Source of the DNA: a virus
Virus record (IMG/VR): IMGVR_UViG_3300033144_003548
Strand: one strand, 5' to 3'
Length of the DNA: 64,000 nt
A model generated the notes under the pieces. The model searched no databases, had not been told where the DNA came from, and saw only the letters and a list, made by a program, of their open reading frames with translations. The position numbers were made by a program, and so were the translations under genes. This document shows positions 1 through 8,781 of this stretch, piece by piece (the first letter of the stretch is position 1; every line of letters begins with the position of its first letter).

Positions 1-230
1 TTCACGCCCTTTCGTGTTCTCAAAGCATTTACGAACCCATAAATACCGATACACACACCGATAGAATTAACCACTATTATAGCTGGAAGTGCTTGTAGTA
101 TACCATAAGTAAGGAATAAAATAGCTCCACCAAGCAATAATCCTTTTATAATTACCAGCCCCTTGAATGCCATAGCTCCGTAAATTAGAACACCAGCAAC
201 CACACCAATAGCTTCTATTAGCCAATTCAT
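1..230 (-). CDS. small membrane protein, YgjV/PQ-loop-like (runs off window edge)
   Basis: Manual translation MNWLIEAIGVVAGVLIYGAMAF...YGILQALPAIIVVNSIG; three hydrophobic segments; ATGA overlap with the upstream gene. Confidence 0.55.
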   Translation of the reverse strand, partial: MNWLIEAIGVVAGVLIYGAMAFKGLVIIKGLLLGGAILFLTYGILQALPAIIVVNSIGVCIGIYGFVNALRTRKGV

Positions 231-841
231 AACAGATCCATCTCCAGAGGCGGATTTACGTTTCTGTAGTATTCATCTACAATCGAAACGTTTGCAAATA
301 ATGTTTCTCGATTAAACTTTTTACCAAATCCTTCGTGTATATGACCAAAGATGTGTATTCTTGGTTTGACTTCTCTAACCCTATCTAAAAGAGTCTCTGA
401 ACCAGCCTCTCTACCGTTTACTGCTAAGTCTTGCATCCCTCTAGGTGGACCGTGTGTGATAAGGACATCTAATTTATCTGGTATATACCTCCACATCTCC
501 CCCAACTCGTTGTCGGGCTTCATAAAAGCCCAACTACCAAACACGGGTGTATAAGGAGATGCCCAAAAGTTAATACCATCAATTACAATTCCCTTATTAT
601 AAAGAACTGTAGCGTTCTTTAGCCACAATGAGGGTGGTCTTGATTGAAGAGCAAAATGAAAGTCGTGGTTACCAGGAGTAAATAGAATATGCTTGAAGTC
701 CAGTGTCCCTAACCACTCATCAAACTTTTCAACCTCGTCTACTTTCCCCATCATCGTAGCATCACCAGCGTGGATTAGAACATCACCTGCTGGCAGTTTG
801 GGAAAATGCCCGTGTGTATCAGCTATTGCTACTATTCTCAT
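227..841 (-). CDS. calcineurin-like metallophosphoesterase
   Basis: Motifs ADTHG, HAGD, GNHD, THGPP, GHIHE. Confidence 0.92.
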   Translation of the reverse strand: MRIVAIADTHGHFPKLPAGDVLIHAGDATMMGKVDEVEKFDEWLGTLDFKHILFTPGNHDFHFALQSRPPSLWLKNATVLYNKGIVIDGINFWASPYTPVFGSWAFMKPDNELGEMWRYIPDKLDVLITHGPPRGMQDLAVNGREAGSETLLDRVREVKPRIHIFGHIHEGFGKKFNRETLFANVSIVDEYYRNVNPPLEMDLL

Positions 842-965
842 TTTCTGCCTTTTCTATCCACTTCCTAAATGGGCAATCGTTACAGATCTTAGCACCACGT
901 TTCCTAACCGATTTGCAATTCTTATAAAAAACTTTACTCTTTTTAAGTTCTTTAAGTGTTATCAT
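819..965 (-). CDS. 48-aa Cys-containing hypothetical protein
   Basis: Manual translation MITLKELKKSKVFYKNCKSVRKRGAKICNDCPFRKWIE...; ATG lies 2 nt after the tRNA-Glu CCA. Confidence 0.5.
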   Translation of the reverse strand: MITLKELKKSKVFYKNCKSVRKRGAKICNDCPFRKWIEKAENENSSNS

Positions 966-967
966 TC

Positions 968-1043
968 TGGTAGGGTCAGACGGATTCGAACCGACATTCC
1001 CTGTTCGAGAGACAGGAATCCTTAACCATTAGATGATGACCCC
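968..1043 (-). tRNA. tRNA-Glu(CTC)
   Basis: Cloverleaf; anticodon arm CCTGT-CTCTCGA-ACAGG; GGTTCGAATCC; encoded CCA. Confidence 0.93.
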
Positions 1044-1047
1044 AACG

Positions 1048-1121
1048 TGGAAGCGAAGGGACTCGAACCCTTAATATCCGCTTTAAGAGAGCGGTGCTGT
1101 ATCCAGTTTAGCTACGCTTCC
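1048..1121 (-). tRNA. tRNA-Lys(CTT)
   Basis: Acceptor GGAAGCG/CGCTTCC; arm CCGCT-CTCTTAA-AGCGG; GGTTCGAGTCC; no encoded CCA. Confidence 0.9.
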
Positions 1122-1313
1122 TTTTTTACTCATTTCAATAAAGTTGGTGAGTTGAGTACTGCTGAAACCTGTACCTTTAAAATCACGGTTTGTGAAGCAT
1201 TTGAATCTTAGTTTGCAGCTATCACATTTGCTAGAGCCGCACTCAATAAAGATTCCCTGCCCATCACATTCGTAATAATCATCACATTGACCACCCATAA
1301 CCCAAAGTCTCAA
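1083..1313 (-). CDS. small Cys-rich protein (CxxCxxRFxC family)
   Basis: CDSCKLRFKCFT; 3' end overlaps tRNA-Lys. Confidence 0.6.
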   Translation of the reverse strand: MRLWVMGGQCDDYYECDGQGIFIECGSSKCDSCKLRFKCFTNRDFKGTGFSSTQLTNFIEMSKKGSVAKLDTAPLS

Positions 1314-1513
1314 AATTCAGCCAACCTTTTAACGTTAATCCCACGTTTTTTCAGCTTATCCATAACCTCGTTGGTTTTCATATTAATGCAATCATTGACT
1401 ATTATAGCACTTTCTGTGAAACATTTGAATCTATCTTTACACGTATCACAGTCAGTGTAATAGCACCAAAAAGCCTCGATGCTATCTTCCTTCTGTATAA
1501 CAACATACCTCAT
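1310..1513 (-). CDS. small Cys-rich protein (CxxCxxRFxC family)
   Basis: CDTCKDRFKCFT; RBS GAGG; coupled to neighbours. Confidence 0.65.
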   Translation of the reverse strand: MRYVVIQKEDSIEAFWCYYTDCDTCKDRFKCFTESAIIVNDCINMKTNEVMDKLKKRGINVKRLAEF

Positions 1514-1782
1514 TAGTCAAAATGGAAAGCTCTATGTTCAGCTAGTTGTTCCTCAAGATCGTGGTTGTAAGAATAAACTTCCATTACTTTCTGCATAGGT
1601 TTGCTATTCATTTCATCGTAGACTTCTCTAACATTTTCAGTCTTAGCCACCCACACAGGATAGTCATCATAATCAAAAGTGTCACAAACCACTAACATAT
1701 GAGAGCACCCACTAACACGAAATCCCATAAAGGTTGTCTCTCTATTGAGCCAATCTCTAATGTCTTGTTTCGTAGCCACCAT
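1513..1782 (-). CDS. conserved hypothetical phage protein
   Basis: Start trimmed to MVATKQ after AGGAGAG; HMLVVCDTFDYDDYPV motif. Confidence 0.7.
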   Translation of the reverse strand: MVATKQDIRDWLNRETTFMGFRVSGCSHMLVVCDTFDYDDYPVWVAKTENVREVYDEMNSKPMQKVMEVYSYNHDLEEQLAEHRAFHFD

Positions 1783-1794
1783 TTCTCTCCTTTC

Positions 1795-1873
1795 TGGTGG
1801 GAGTAGAGGGACTCGAACCCACAACAATCACCTTAAAAGGGTGCTGCTCTGCCTGCAATTGAGCTATACTCCC
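1795..1873 (-). tRNA. tRNA-Lys(TTT)
   Basis: Acceptor GGGAGTA/TACTCCC; loop CTTTTAA; GGTTCGAGTCC; CCA. Confidence 0.9.
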
Positions 1874-1881
1874 TTATTATA

Positions 1882-1910
1882 ATTATAACATATTGAAAAT
1901 GGTCTGTCAA
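1882..1910 (-). promoter_or_regulatory. sigma70-type promoter upstream of tRNA-Lys(TTT)
   Basis: TTGACA-17nt-TATAAT with TG extension. Confidence 0.8.
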
Positions 1911-1921
1911 GTGCTTTCTTC

Positions 1922-2009
1922 TGGCGGAAAGGGAGGGATTCGAACCCTCGGTGCTGTTACACACACAGACTTAGCAGATCTGCACAATAAGCCACTCTGA
2001 CACCTTTCC
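1922..2009 (-). tRNA. tRNA-Ser(GCT)
   Basis: Arm CAGAT-CTGCTAA-GTCTG; long variable arm; G discriminator plus CCA. Confidence 0.93.
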
Positions 2010-2012
2010 AAA

Positions 2013-2107
2013 AGCTAGGGCTGTTACTTTCCCACCACAATCTACACCATAAGGCGGTCAGGGAACGAACTCCCCACTGAAGTCGTCCAAGGACCCTTGC
2101 CCTAGCT
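2013..2107 (-). ncRNA. unassigned structured RNA candidate within the tRNA cluster
   Basis: 9-bp terminal stem AGCTAGGGC/GCCCTAGCT enclosing a GGGGAGTTCGTTCCC hairpin; no ORF. Confidence 0.4.
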
Positions 2108-2172
2108 GTTACAAAATGTCGGCATTTATTCACAAATGTTGACGTTTCGTAACAATAAAAAATCCCTACGCT

Positions 2173-2249
2173 TGGTAGGGACGACAGGATTTGAACCTGT
2201 AACCTTCGGTATATCAGACCGATGCTCAGCCAGATTGAGCTACGTCCCC
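2173..2249 (-). tRNA. tRNA-Ile(GAT)
   Basis: Arm TCGGT-CTGATAT-ACCGA; GGTTCAAATCC; CCA. Confidence 0.92.
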
Positions 2250-2405
2250 TTTTAGTTTATTTATCTTATCAAGCAAGTTCCTTTCCTTCCTAATCATCTC
2301 GGCAGCACACAACTCGCTACCGTAAGTGCCCCAGGCATAATTATGGAAGGATCGGAGTTCTCGATACTCCTTTTCTAATTTTTCCAATTGTTTCAATTTG
2401 TCCAT
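2226..2405 (-). CDS. 59-aa hypothetical protein between tRNAs
   Basis: Manual translation MDKLKQLEKLEKEYRELRSFHNYAWGTYGSELCAAEMIRKE...; starts 1 nt after tRNA-Val CCA and stops inside tRNA-Ile. Confidence 0.55.
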   Translation of the reverse strand: MDKLKQLEKLEKEYRELRSFHNYAWGTYGSELCAAEMIRKERNLLDKINKLKGDVAQSG

Positions 2406-2406
2406 A

Positions 2407-2484
2407 TGGTAGGGGTGACAGGGATCGAACCTGCATAGCTACTTGTTTGTAGGACAAGCGTTCCACCAATTGAACTACACCCCT
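2407..2484 (-). tRNA. tRNA-Val(TAC), atypical C33
   Basis: Acceptor AGGGGTG/CACCCCT; arm CTTGT-CCTACAA-ACAAG; GGTTCGATCCC; CCA. Confidence 0.88.
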
Positions 2485-2536
2485 ATTTTGATGAGGCTAT
2501 TTCCAACCCCAACCGAATTTTTTGCCCCAACCAAAA

Positions 2537-2818
2537 TTATTCTTCATCTTTCTCCCTCTTTGTGACCTTGATTCTACCCTCTTCTTCTGTCACATTATAA
2601 TCAGGTTCTTTTGGAATAACTCTGACCTTATACCTATCCTCTTTCTTAGGTCGTTTGTTGGGTGCAAACTCTCTAGTCATCTCTTTGCCAGTTTGATCTT
2701 TCATCGCTTCCACCTTCTTTGGTATCCATCTACCCTGATGGCATTGACCACATTGTTTCCCCAACCTCAGTGGAGAATAATCTGCGGTTTTGTGGCAATA
2801 CGTACACTGCATTTCCAT
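2537..2818 (-). CDS. hypothetical Zn-ribbon protein
   Basis: CTYC...CGQC. Confidence 0.6.
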   Translation of the reverse strand: MEMQCTYCHKTADYSPLRLGKQCGQCHQGRWIPKKVEAMKDQTGKEMTREFAPNKRPKKEDRYKVRVIPKEPDYNVTEEEGRIKVTKREKDEE

Positions 2819-3043
2819 TTATTTCTTCTCGTCTGCTTCTTTTACTTTAGCCAAAAAGTATTGTGTTTTGTCTTCATTACCGATAATGGTAACAACCTTC
2901 AATTCAGCAAAGGGTCTTTGCTCTTGAAGAAATCTTACCACACCAATCTCAGTATTAAGCTGTGTCTTGAAATGGTTTTTCATTCTTAGAATATAACCAT
3001 CTGGATGAAACTTCTCAGCTAATGTTCCACTAATTTCAAACAT
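2819..3043 (-). CDS. hypothetical protein
   Basis: ORF with strong RBS GGAGAGG in the gene string. Confidence 0.6.
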   Translation of the reverse strand: MFEISGTLAEKFHPDGYILRMKNHFKTQLNTEIGVVRFLQEQRPFAELKVVTIIGNEDKTQYFLAKVKEADEKK

Positions 3044-3053
3044 CTACCTCTCC

Positions 3054-3323
3054 TTAGTATACATCCCCATTTTCTCGGATTTTCATATCCTCATAGGGAG
3101 CTATTACTCTCCTATAAAATTCTCTGCCCACGCAATCTAATGTTCCCATTAGCCTTGCATATACGGCATATCCTCCACCACCATATAAGCTATTCGCTAT
3201 TTTTGTTATTGTATAATTGAAACACCCGTCCAGGTCGTTGTCCTTGATTTTCTTTAGAGCCTCTATTAGCTCTTCTACGTCTTTGTCGAGAACTCCCCGA
3301 TGCTCTCTTTTTATATACGGCAT
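3054..3323 (-). CDS. conserved phage hypothetical protein (MPYIK...EFYRR..PYED.KI..NGDV family)
   Basis: Recognisable N- and C-terminal motifs. Confidence 0.7.
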   Translation of the reverse strand: MPYIKREHRGVLDKDVEELIEALKKIKDNDLDGCFNYTITKIANSLYGGGGYAVYARLMGTLDCVGREFYRRVIAPYEDMKIRENGDVY

Positions 3324-3543
3324 CTTCCCTTCCTTGTTGTCTACTTTTTATTAACTTATCTCTCTTTTTCTTTGCTCGCTTCACAGAAGGTTTTACATAT
3401 GCTTCCCGCTCTTTTAGTTCCCTGAATAAACCAGAAGCCTGAACCATACGATTAAAACGAGAAAGCATAGAATCTAAATAAGCTGAACTCTCTGGATTTT
3501 TCCTATATAATTCTTCCTCAAATTTCGTTAACTTTACGTACAT
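3190..3543 (-). CDS. rpsU: ribosomal protein bS21 homolog
   Basis: LSRFNRMVQASGLFRELKEREAYVKPSVKRAKKK matches the bS21 core (F...V...G...ELK.RE.Y.KPS.KR). Confidence 0.82.
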   Translation of the reverse strand: MYVKLTKFEEELYRKNPESSAYLDSMLSRFNRMVQASGLFRELKEREAYVKPSVKRAKKKRDKLIKSRQQGREDAVYKKRASGSSRQRRRRANRGSKENQGQRPGRVFQLYNNKNSE

Positions 3544-3971
3544 TCAACAACTACGAATCTGTCATCCAAATACTTTTGACAGATAGGTTTTACCTCACTT
3601 TCCCAATCTCTTCTGCCGTTACCACAACCAGGCTTTGTGAGATAGAACTTACCGTGCTTTCGTGGATTATCTGCCCACTCGACAAGCTGCCGTAGTGAAC
3701 GTTCTATCAAATTTAGATCTGCTTGTTCTCTCCAATGGTGTTTGACTGGTAAGGTTATAATGTTATATTTATCAAAAACATAAACATTATTACCACCACT
3801 CAATTTTGCTCCTAATTCGTAGGGAAGTTGAGGAAACTTAACAGCAGCCTGCTTTGCTGTACCACGACCCATCACACAAGCACCATCTTTACGAATCGTA
3901 CCGTTGGTAGTAATTATAATCCACCGACCTAGTTTATGATAGTCCCAAAGATTACCTGTCTGCTCTATCAT
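3534..3971 (-). CDS. macro-domain (ADP-ribose binding/processing) protein
   Basis: ITTNG...VMGRG.AKQ...LPVKHHW...KPGCGNG.RDW pattern. Confidence 0.8.
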   Translation of the reverse strand: MIEQTGNLWDYHKLGRWIIITTNGTIRKDGACVMGRGTAKQAAVKFPQLPYELGAKLSGGNNVYVFDKYNIITLPVKHHWREQADLNLIERSLRQLVEWADNPRKHGKFYLTKPGCGNGRRDWESEVKPICQKYLDDRFVVVECT

Positions 3972-3972
3972 T

Positions 3973-4248
3973 TTACTCCCTTGTCATTTTAGTTCCGCAT
4001 TTAGGACAATCAACCTCATTACAAGGTTGATTTACAGTATGAGGAACTTTTACTCCGCAGCTAGGACATATGCAGTTTCCTGCTGGACCTGCACCAGGTT
4101 TATCACCCTGATTTCTGCCCCTACCTTGACTGAAAGAACCCACTCTAGGTTTACCAAACTGATCAATTCCGCCAAGAGCTTCCATTGTCACCATTTGTCT
4201 CCTGCCCATACCAAATGCTCTCCTAAACCACCTATTTCTATGTCTCAT
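3973..4248 (-). CDS. Gly/Arg-rich protein with C-terminal Zn-binding domain
   Basis: GAGPAGNCICPSCG..VPH....PC....CPKCGTKMTRE. Confidence 0.65.
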   Translation of the reverse strand: MRHRNRWFRRAFGMGRRQMVTMEALGGIDQFGKPRVGSFSQGRGRNQGDKPGAGPAGNCICPSCGVKVPHTVNQPCNEVDCPKCGTKMTRE

Positions 4249-4249
4249 T

Positions 4250-4447
4250 TTAGCCTCCAAGTTGTGATTGTAGTCTTCTTTGAACTGACTTGCTATCTGC
4301 GACTTCGATTTCGCCTTCTTCCATTAGTTCATTACAGATATTTACTACTACTCTCAAGTCAAGTCCCAACCTCTCGACTATATCAGAATAATAAAGGATT
4401 TCGCCCGTCTTAAAAAGTTCTTCTATTTTATCTTTAATAGCTCCCAA
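4250..4447 (-). CDS. small winged-helix protein
   Basis: YYSDIVERLGLDLRVVVNICNELMEEGEI. Confidence 0.6.
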   Translation of the reverse strand: MGAIKDKIEELFKTGEILYYSDIVERLGLDLRVVVNICNELMEEGEIEVADSKSVQRRLQSQLGG

Positions 4448-4821
4448 GTTACTTTGCCATCCTTTATTAAATCTCTAATTTGTCTTTGCAATTTTGTTGT
4501 CGTGCTTGAACCTTTCTTAACCTCAACGATTGTTATCTGTGTTGGATTCCCCTCTGACATCCCATCAAACACTATATAGTCAATCGGAGTTCCAATAAAC
4601 CTAGCATCACTCGGAGCGTGTTTCCATTCAGGGAAATGAGGAATCATTTGCTCAAATACTTGACCCTCTATTGATGCTTTACTTCTCTTTATTGCATCTG
4701 CTCTCGCCTCTTGCAGCAGCCGTTGCACATCCTTTTCTGTATTTTTTCTTTTAACAAGCTCTCTAATAAAAAGAATTGCAAAAATAAGTAACAGGACCGC
4801 AATGACTATGGTTTCAATCAT
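4423..4821 (-). CDS. Endonuc_Holl-type (Holliday-junction-resolvase-like) endonuclease with N-terminal TM helix
   Basis: GQVFEQ..P, RFIGTPIDYIVFDG, VEVKKG. Confidence 0.8.
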   Translation of the reverse strand: MIETIVIAVLLLIFAILFIRELVKRKNTEKDVQRLLQEARADAIKRSKASIEGQVFEQMIPHFPEWKHAPSDARFIGTPIDYIVFDGMSEGNPTQITIVEVKKGSSTTTKLQRQIRDLIKDGKVTWELLKIK

Positions 4822-4978
4822 TTTGACCTCTCAGGTATAAGCTCAACTATTTTCCGTAGCTCATCAATATACTGATCTTGGAACGGAAACAAACATTTGT
4901 AAACAGACAGATCACCAACACGTTTTCTAGCTTCTGCCTCCAGCATCCAAATACCCCATTCCAAATAAAGTTCAGCCA

Positions 4979-5188
4979 TTAACCCTTTGCTCCACGTGGT
5001 TGACTTGAAACGAATCCACTCTCTCTTAGCTTGAAGATGTGATCAATTGGATATTTGTCGACAACGTTGCCACCGATGTTTAAATCTAGATAACCTATGC
5101 AAAGCATATCCCCTTTCTGATAAACCGCATAAACCCCATCATAAGTGATAGCCGCATTTGACCTGTCAAACCAGATTTCTACTTTCAT
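4979..5188 (-). CDS. hypothetical protein
   Basis: ORF with RBS GGAG. Confidence 0.55.
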   Translation of the reverse strand: MKVEIWFDRSNAAITYDGVYAVYQKGDMLCIGYLDLNIGGNVVDKYPIDHIFKLRESGFVSSQPRGAKG

Positions 5189-5226
5189 TTCCTACTCCCA
5201 TAGAAATTTTGACTTACATTTAAGTC

Positions 5227-5781
5227 CTATACTTCATCCCCCCAAAAATCCCAACCTTCGGTGTACTCTGTATCATCCTTCAAACGAGCAAAAAGTTCTA
5301 TTCGTGGTAAATCACCCATTAAATCAACTATTTTCTTCCTCGTTATATCTGGTTTCTGAGAGTGCCTCCGTATTGGCTCATCTATAATTTGATGAACATT
5401 CTTATTTACCCGTTTAGGATTGCCCTTAGTTCCAAGTAAAATAACTTCAGCATTTGCTCTAGTCCAGTAGCCCATCCCCGTAAACCAGGTAGGTGCTTTC
5501 TTGTTTCTCTTTACCCACACAAAGGCAATTGTCTTATAAGAGAAACCCCAAGACTGCATTACCTCAAGAGCTTCGGGTATCATTGGACAAGTAGCCCACA
5601 GAAACAATGTACAATCCTTATCAACAATATTACCTACAGGAAGAGCTTTAATCTCCTCTAAAATCATAGTCCGATAATGACTATCGGCACTTCTTCCACA
5701 ACCAGTATCTCTATTCCAAACTCTAAATCGCCAAGGCGGATCGGCATACAGTATGTTATATCTTTTGTTCGGTAAGTCCAT
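5227..5781 (-). CDS. MT-A70 family N6-adenine methyltransferase
   Basis: YADPPW, LFLWAT, WGF.YKT..FVWVK, HSQKP, RIELFAR. Confidence 0.92.
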   Translation of the reverse strand: MDLPNKRYNILYADPPWRFRVWNRDTGCGRSADSHYRTMILEEIKALPVGNIVDKDCTLFLWATCPMIPEALEVMQSWGFSYKTIAFVWVKRNKKAPTWFTGMGYWTRANAEVILLGTKGNPKRVNKNVHQIIDEPIRRHSQKPDITRKKIVDLMGDLPRIELFARLKDDTEYTEGWDFWGDEV

Positions 5782-6049
5782 CCAAATATTCCTTTATGAC
5801 ATCTCCGTGACAAGGTTGTGGTTTACAGAAACATCCCAATTTCTTGTTCTTCAAACGAGAAACCATAAGCACAAACATCGGGTCTTCAAGTTTGCCCTTA
5901 AAGTAGCTTCTATATCTCTCTATCACTTCTTCTCTTGTACCGTCTTTGCCAATTACAAAAGGATTACCAAAAGGAGAACCACGTCCAATGTAAATATAAT
6001 TTTTGTCCTTACATTTGTAGATATTAACTACTTCCGTTCTGTTGCACAT
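5756..6049 (-). CDS. DUF4326-like protein
   Basis: YIGRGSPFGNPF...LGCFCKPQPCHGDV. Confidence 0.85.
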   Translation of the reverse strand: MCNRTEVVNIYKCKDKNYIYIGRGSPFGNPFVIGKDGTREEVIERYRSYFKGKLEDPMFVLMVSRLKNKKLGCFCKPQPCHGDVIKEYLDGLTEQKI

Positions 6050-6234
6050 ATAAATCTATCCTTACAATCCTTACAAAAATCGTAGAAACCACATCTATGA
6101 GGTTCGTCAATTACCTCACCACGACCACAAACCGTATATCTGATAAACTGCTTTTCGGTTTCACCGAAAGTAGTTACTTCGATTTCTTCCTTTGTACAAT
6201 TATAACACACTTTAAACTGACTGTCAAGCCCCAT
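6028..6234 (-). CDS. small Cys-rich protein (CxxCxxRFxC family)
   Basis: CKDCKDRFICAT. Confidence 0.6.
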   Translation of the reverse strand: MGLDSQFKVCYNCTKEEIEVTTFGETEKQFIRYTVCGRGEVIDEPHRCGFYDFCKDCKDRFICATERK

Positions 6235-8184
6235 TTAAACTAAGCCATCTTTAATCCTTTGAATTCGTGGTAAACACCAACGTTCCCTCCATTCTTCTAC
6301 TATTATATCAAATTCTTTATAGTTTGTCAAGTCCAATGTATCGGTCTCTTCTCTCAGGAACTCTCTGTAGTTCTTGGCAAGAGGAATGACGTAAACTCCT
6401 CTAAAGTTTTCGATACTTTGAACCTTCCAATACTTGGAAAGCTTTTGATACCCCTTCACCACTCCATACTTTTCTTTTATTGAACCATCTTCGTTATAGT
6501 AAATTTCGGAGTGCTTACCTTTGGTTTTCTTGAAATCCTCACGCATCTGCTGTTTAACTTCGAGTGGAACAAGAACAGAGGAATAACCTTTAGATGTACC
6601 TAGATAAATAAATCCATCTAATCTATTGTAGAGACTAGATTTACCGTAAAGAGAAGTTACAGTCATCATCGCTAACCGATGACCATATTTGTTTTCAAAA
6701 TAATCTTGAACCTCTTTACTTTTTGTGGATAGAGCACATAACTTACCTGCTAAATAATTACCAAATTCTGGTGTTGATATACAATGCTGCACATTCATCA
6801 GGTAATTGATTCTCTTGCCCTTCCACTTGTTTTGGTGTGTCCAACCTATAAATTTATCTCTGATGGGAATGGTCAAATCGCTAGCCAGCCCCACAATTCC
6901 AATAATAAATCCAGTTTCACGATCCCGAACTAAGTAATGAATCCTTCTACCAACTTCACCACTATTTCCGCACCAAACAGGTTTTCCATTTCTCCTCACC
7001 ATAATAATCTGATTGGGTACTGTTACGCAATATATCTTACCATCATAGTCTACCCAACTTCTTTTATCTTTATGTGAGTTAGGATTATATGTATTATAGG
7101 TAGGATTAAAAGTAACTATATACGCTTTATTTCCAACGCTATTGATATAGCTTCGTAATTTGGTATTATAACCAAGTTTAAGACATATTTCACTAATGTC
7201 ATCTGCTAATCTTTTAGATATAGTACTATACGTTCTCTCTCTACTACCATCATTCCTATCTCTATTACATCCATCTCCCAACATAGCAAAATCTAACAAT
7301 AGTCTTAATTGCTTTTTAGGTAATCCCTTTATACAGGTAGGAATGTACTTACTATCTCTTTTTCCTAGCTTATTAAAATAAGCTGCCCAAACTTTGTTAC
7401 CCAAAACGATTCTTCTACTCTTCGTAGACTTCTTCTGTAACGAATACTTAATACCAGCTTTATCTAGCACATCTAAAAATGTATCTAACTTATCACCAGT
7501 ATTTTGTGTAAAACAAACAGAATACTTTGTAGTATGACCTTCAGCCAGATAGAAACCAAGTATTGATACGAAGGTGTTAATATCTAATACGACATCATCA
7601 TAATGTTTACCTTTTGGGATATGATCAACTTTTGGTAGAGTAAAATAATCTATATGATTACCACACCAGTCAAATTTAGAAGTGTATCTAACACATCTAG
7701 TAGACTCATCAGCCCTAATCAAGTTAAAATCTAAATGCTTATCCCTACTTATAAATAAATTATGATTCGGAGTAACTAACAAATCTATGCTGCCACTTTG
7801 TTTAAACATCTTACCACTATAGTGCTCATTGACATAGTGTGTTGGTAGTTGATACTCCAGCTTATTAGTCTCTCTATTAAGCGTTGCCACCTTAACACTT
7901 GGTATTAAATCGCAAAATCGCATCCAACCAAGCTCAGTTAAAATGTCTGTTTCCTCGTCATAACAAAGGGGTGCAGATGAGACGGTAACACGACCGTACC
8001 ACCATAAATCATTCAAATCTTTAGTTTCACAAAACTCTATATATGGTTGAATCTTCTCTACATCAGGAACAATCGCTTGAACAGCTTCCCACTTCGGTCT
8101 AATTTGTCCCAAACGTTTTGCATTCTTATCAATGTACTGCTGCCTAGCCTCAAGCAGTCTTTCTCTCAACTCTTCCTTATCCAA
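6235..8184 (-). CDS. DUF4338/DruA-like protein, intein-containing
   Basis: Extein motifs SSAP..VGRRIHYLVRD..G.IIG, RD.FIGW, GKL, TSLYGKSSLYNRL, LGTSKG. Confidence 0.7.
   Translation of the reverse strand: MDKEELRERLLEARQQYIDKNAKRLGQIRPKWEAVQAIVPDVEKIQPYIEFCETKDLNDLWWYGRVTVSSAPLCYDEETDILTELGWMRFCDLIPSVKVATLNRETNKLEYQLPTHYVNEHYSGKMFKQSGSIDLLVTPNHNLFISRDKHLDFNLIRADESTRCVRYTSKFDWCGNHIDYFTLPKVDHIPKGKHYDDVVLDINTFVSILGFYLAEGHTTKYSVCFTQNTGDKLDTFLDVLDKAGIKYSLQKKSTKSRRIVLGNKVWAAYFNKLGKRDSKYIPTCIKGLPKKQLRLLLDFAMLGDGCNRDRNDGSRERTYSTISKRLADDISEICLKLGYNTKLRSYINSVGNKAYIVTFNPTYNTYNPNSHKDKRSWVDYDGKIYCVTVPNQIIMVRRNGKPVWCGNSGEVGRRIHYLVRDRETGFIIGIVGLASDLTIPIRDKFIGWTHQNKWKGKRINYLMNVQHCISTPEFGNYLAGKLCALSTKSKEVQDYFENKYGHRLAMMTVTSLYGKSSLYNRLDGFIYLGTSKGYSSVLVPLEVKQQMREDFKKTKGKHSEIYYNEDGSIKEKYGVVKGYQKLSKYWKVQSIENFRGVYVIPLAKNYREFLREETDTLDLTNYKEFDIIVEEWRERWCLPRIQRIKDGLV
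6964..7965 (-). mobile_element. intein (334 aa) with LAGLIDADG homing endonuclease
   Basis: N-terminal CYDEETDILTELGW, block B VTPNH, LGFYLAEG and AMLGDG motifs, C-terminal YCVTVPN..VRRNGK..WCGN/S. Confidence 0.92.
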
Positions 8185-8452
8185 GATATTTCTCCCTCTC
8201 CTCTGGTGGTAAATCAGAGGTCATACCAACCTTTATGTTGGGTTTACGCTTTCTACCAGTAATCCCTCTCGATTCAGTGGTATGAAACCCTGGACCTTTA
8301 TAATGAACATAAACACGACCAAAAATTTGGTGGAGTGCTTCTTTCCCACACTCAGGACATACTTTGGAAGGGCTATTCTTATGCTGACTAAACGTTTGCA
8401 TTACCTCTAAACAATGTCCACACTCTGCACACTTGTACTCATATACAGGCAT
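8177..8452 (-). CDS. FmdB-family zinc ribbon protein
   Basis: MPVYEYKCAECGH...CPECG...KGPGFHTT. Confidence 0.85.
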   Translation of the reverse strand: MPVYEYKCAECGHCLEVMQTFSQHKNSPSKVCPECGKEALHQIFGRVYVHYKGPGFHTTESRGITGRKRKPNIKVGMTSDLPPEEREKYLG

Positions 8453-8781
8453 CACTTCTTCCTTTTCGGAATTTTCTTTCGTGTATAACACTTGAATCTG
8501 AATTTGCAATCATCACAGGTTTCATATTTTTCGCACTCGAACAGAATTTCATAATCCCCCTTAATCTCTTGCCACTGTTTGCATCCCATCATATGCTCGA
8601 TGAGACATTCATAACAGAACCACCTATGACAGCCCCAACATTCACGTAAGTCAGTTATTCTATGACACCCTTGACACCATTTGGGCAAGTTAAAATCGGG
8701 AAATCTATCTCTGTTTCTAAACCCTATTCTATCTCTTGCAATTAAATTGTAAACCGCAAGATCACTAATTTCTACGTCCAT
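8452..8781 (-). CDS. Cys-rich protein (CxxCxxRFxC family)
   Basis: Several CxxC motifs plus CDDCKFRFKCYT. Confidence 0.6.
   Translation of the reverse strand: MDVEISDLAVYNLIARDRIGFRNRDRFPDFNLPKWCQGCHRITDLRECWGCHRWFCYECLIEHMMGCKQWQEIKGDYEILFECEKYETCDDCKFRFKCYTRKKIPKRKK

Noticed and set aside
6235-8184. Complete Druantia defence system
   Set aside because: Only a DruA-like gene; no DruE helicase or other partners in the window.
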